Shown here: piece after piece, positions 62,877-64,000 of the stretch
Layout of the letters: every line of letters begins with the position of its first letter
How positions within the stretch are numbered: position 1 is the stretch's first letter
Assembly: GCA_965243135.1 (NCBI GenBank)
Contig: OZ251539.1
Coordinates: 1,248,001-1,312,000 of the forward strand
Length of the DNA: 64,000 nucleotides
DNA from: Alphaproteobacteria bacterium
GTDB taxonomy: Bacteria > Pseudomonadota > Alphaproteobacteria > MPNO01 > UBA830
Reading direction: 5' to 3'
Translations under genes and position numbers: made by a program
The notes under the pieces: generated by a model
The model's input: only the letters and a program-made list of their open reading frames with translations
Database searches by the model: none
What the model was told of the DNA's origin: nothing

Positions 62877-63413
62877 CCGAATTTCCGCACGACCAGTTGT
62901 GCGGCTGCCCGGCCTTGATCGTAAGGAAACCGGGGACGTGGGGGTGCACTGCGACCGCGTTCTCCGCCGCCCGGGCATGCCGGTCGGACACCGTCTTCCG
63001 ACCAAGAAGCTCTTGGCGGTTGGCTCCGAACACCTTCTCCAATTTGACGGCCATGTTGGGAGAGAGCGACGAGTGGCCGTTCAACATGTTCGACAGGGCG
63101 GGCCTGCCTACACCGAATTTCCTAGCGGCTTCCGTCACCGACATGCTGGACGCGTTTCCGAACGAACGTGCTAAGGTGTGCGGGGTGTTGCGACAAGAAA
63201 CAGTCCTCCAAGTGCGAAATATATTGTAGCGTGTAGCGCAACGAAAGTCAACGAAAAGATCTCAAGCGTCAGGACTTGAGTTTTGGTTTTCTATGTAGGG
63301 CTTTTCCGCGTGTTGATACTCGTGACCTGCCGCACCGAGCTCGCAAGCGAAACGTTTCGTTGGCGAAAGGATCAATGCGTTTCCGTGGACAGGCGCGACG
63401 CCGCTGTCGTGCG
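62877..63413 (-). pseudogene. Truncated, diverged duplicate of the HigA-fusion promoter and HTH region (57203-57751)
   Basis: High DNA similarity; MSVTEAARKFGVGRPALSNMLNG ORF ends after ~93 aa; original ATG lost. Confidence 0.85.
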
Positions 63414-63755
63414 CCGCCAGCACCGCGCAGAGGCTGCGAACCCCACCGCGTCAAGCCAGCTATGGGATGAACCCACGAGATAACGGCAACCAGCCAGCAC
63501 CGCCTTGGCGAGCGGGCGCATCGTGACCATCAACTCGTTCCGCGCTCTGTTCAGGGCTCTGCACCGGAACCAACTGCAACCCCGGCGACCGCGCCGCCTA
63601 GTGGGTCAGACATATTTAGTACAAGGACCGGTCATATCGTCTGTTAATGACACCTGCCGCCCCGGCACCTTGACTTACCGGCTGCCCATCCCATACTGCC
63701 TCGCGACAGGAATTGTCGACCGTCTGTGTCGCACTTCGAAGTTGATGGGGGAAAC

Positions 63756-64000
63756 ATGGAACAATATTTCCTTGAGATGCGCCAAACAATGCTGGCTCAT
63801 ACCGTGGTTATAGGACGGATTCTGACGGAATCCAATATAAACTTCAAGAATAAACTTGAGTGGTTAACCGGTTCCGGAACGCTTGTACGCAAAGAAGGGC
63901 AGGCTGGGATATTGACCGCGGGCCATGTGATTCGGGATTTGAGGGAAGGAGATCTCGTAAAAATGACAATTTTACAAAGTTCTAATAGAGACCTGATGAA
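63756..64000 (+). CDS. Trypsin-like serine protease, N-terminal part (runs off window end)
   Basis: Manual translation MEQYFLEMRQ...TGSGTLVRKEGQAGILTAGHVI; the GSG..V...ILTAxHV motif carries the catalytic His. Confidence 0.6.
   Translation, partial: MEQYFLEMRQTMLAHTVVIGRILTESNINFKNKLEWLTGSGTLVRKEGQAGILTAGHVIRDLREGDLVKMTILQSSNRDLM

Overview
GC-rich bacterial window, probably alphaproteobacterial (inferred from the partial ribA-type gene). A catabolic gene set (FAD oxidoreductase split by an IS, two QueG/reductive-dehalogenase-like Fe-S proteins, PaaK-like CoA ligase, GlcG, PaaA-like ferritin fold, enoyl-CoA hydratase) is interleaved with a large defence/accessory region. The standout is an array of 11 co-oriented paralogues of an AAA-ATPase-like + PD-(D/E)XK nuclease gene (4 copies at 9.0-16.5 kb, 7 copies at 28.5-43.3 kb). 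The copies are combinatorial mosaics of a few interchangeable sequence blocks, and each has its own sigma70-like promoter 6 nt before the ATG (leaderless). Also present: a type III R-M system and a type IIG R-M gene, both out of frame at 5' poly-C tracts (C18, C14; candidate phase variation); a DUF262+HEPN pair; a 1348-aa HigA-HTH fusion with a partial duplicate; a TPR protein; three complete IS elements with identifiable IRs/TSDs; and several decayed remnants. All family calls come from motif recognition by eye, without database searches. Mosaicism and homopolymer frameshifts need read-level confirmation.
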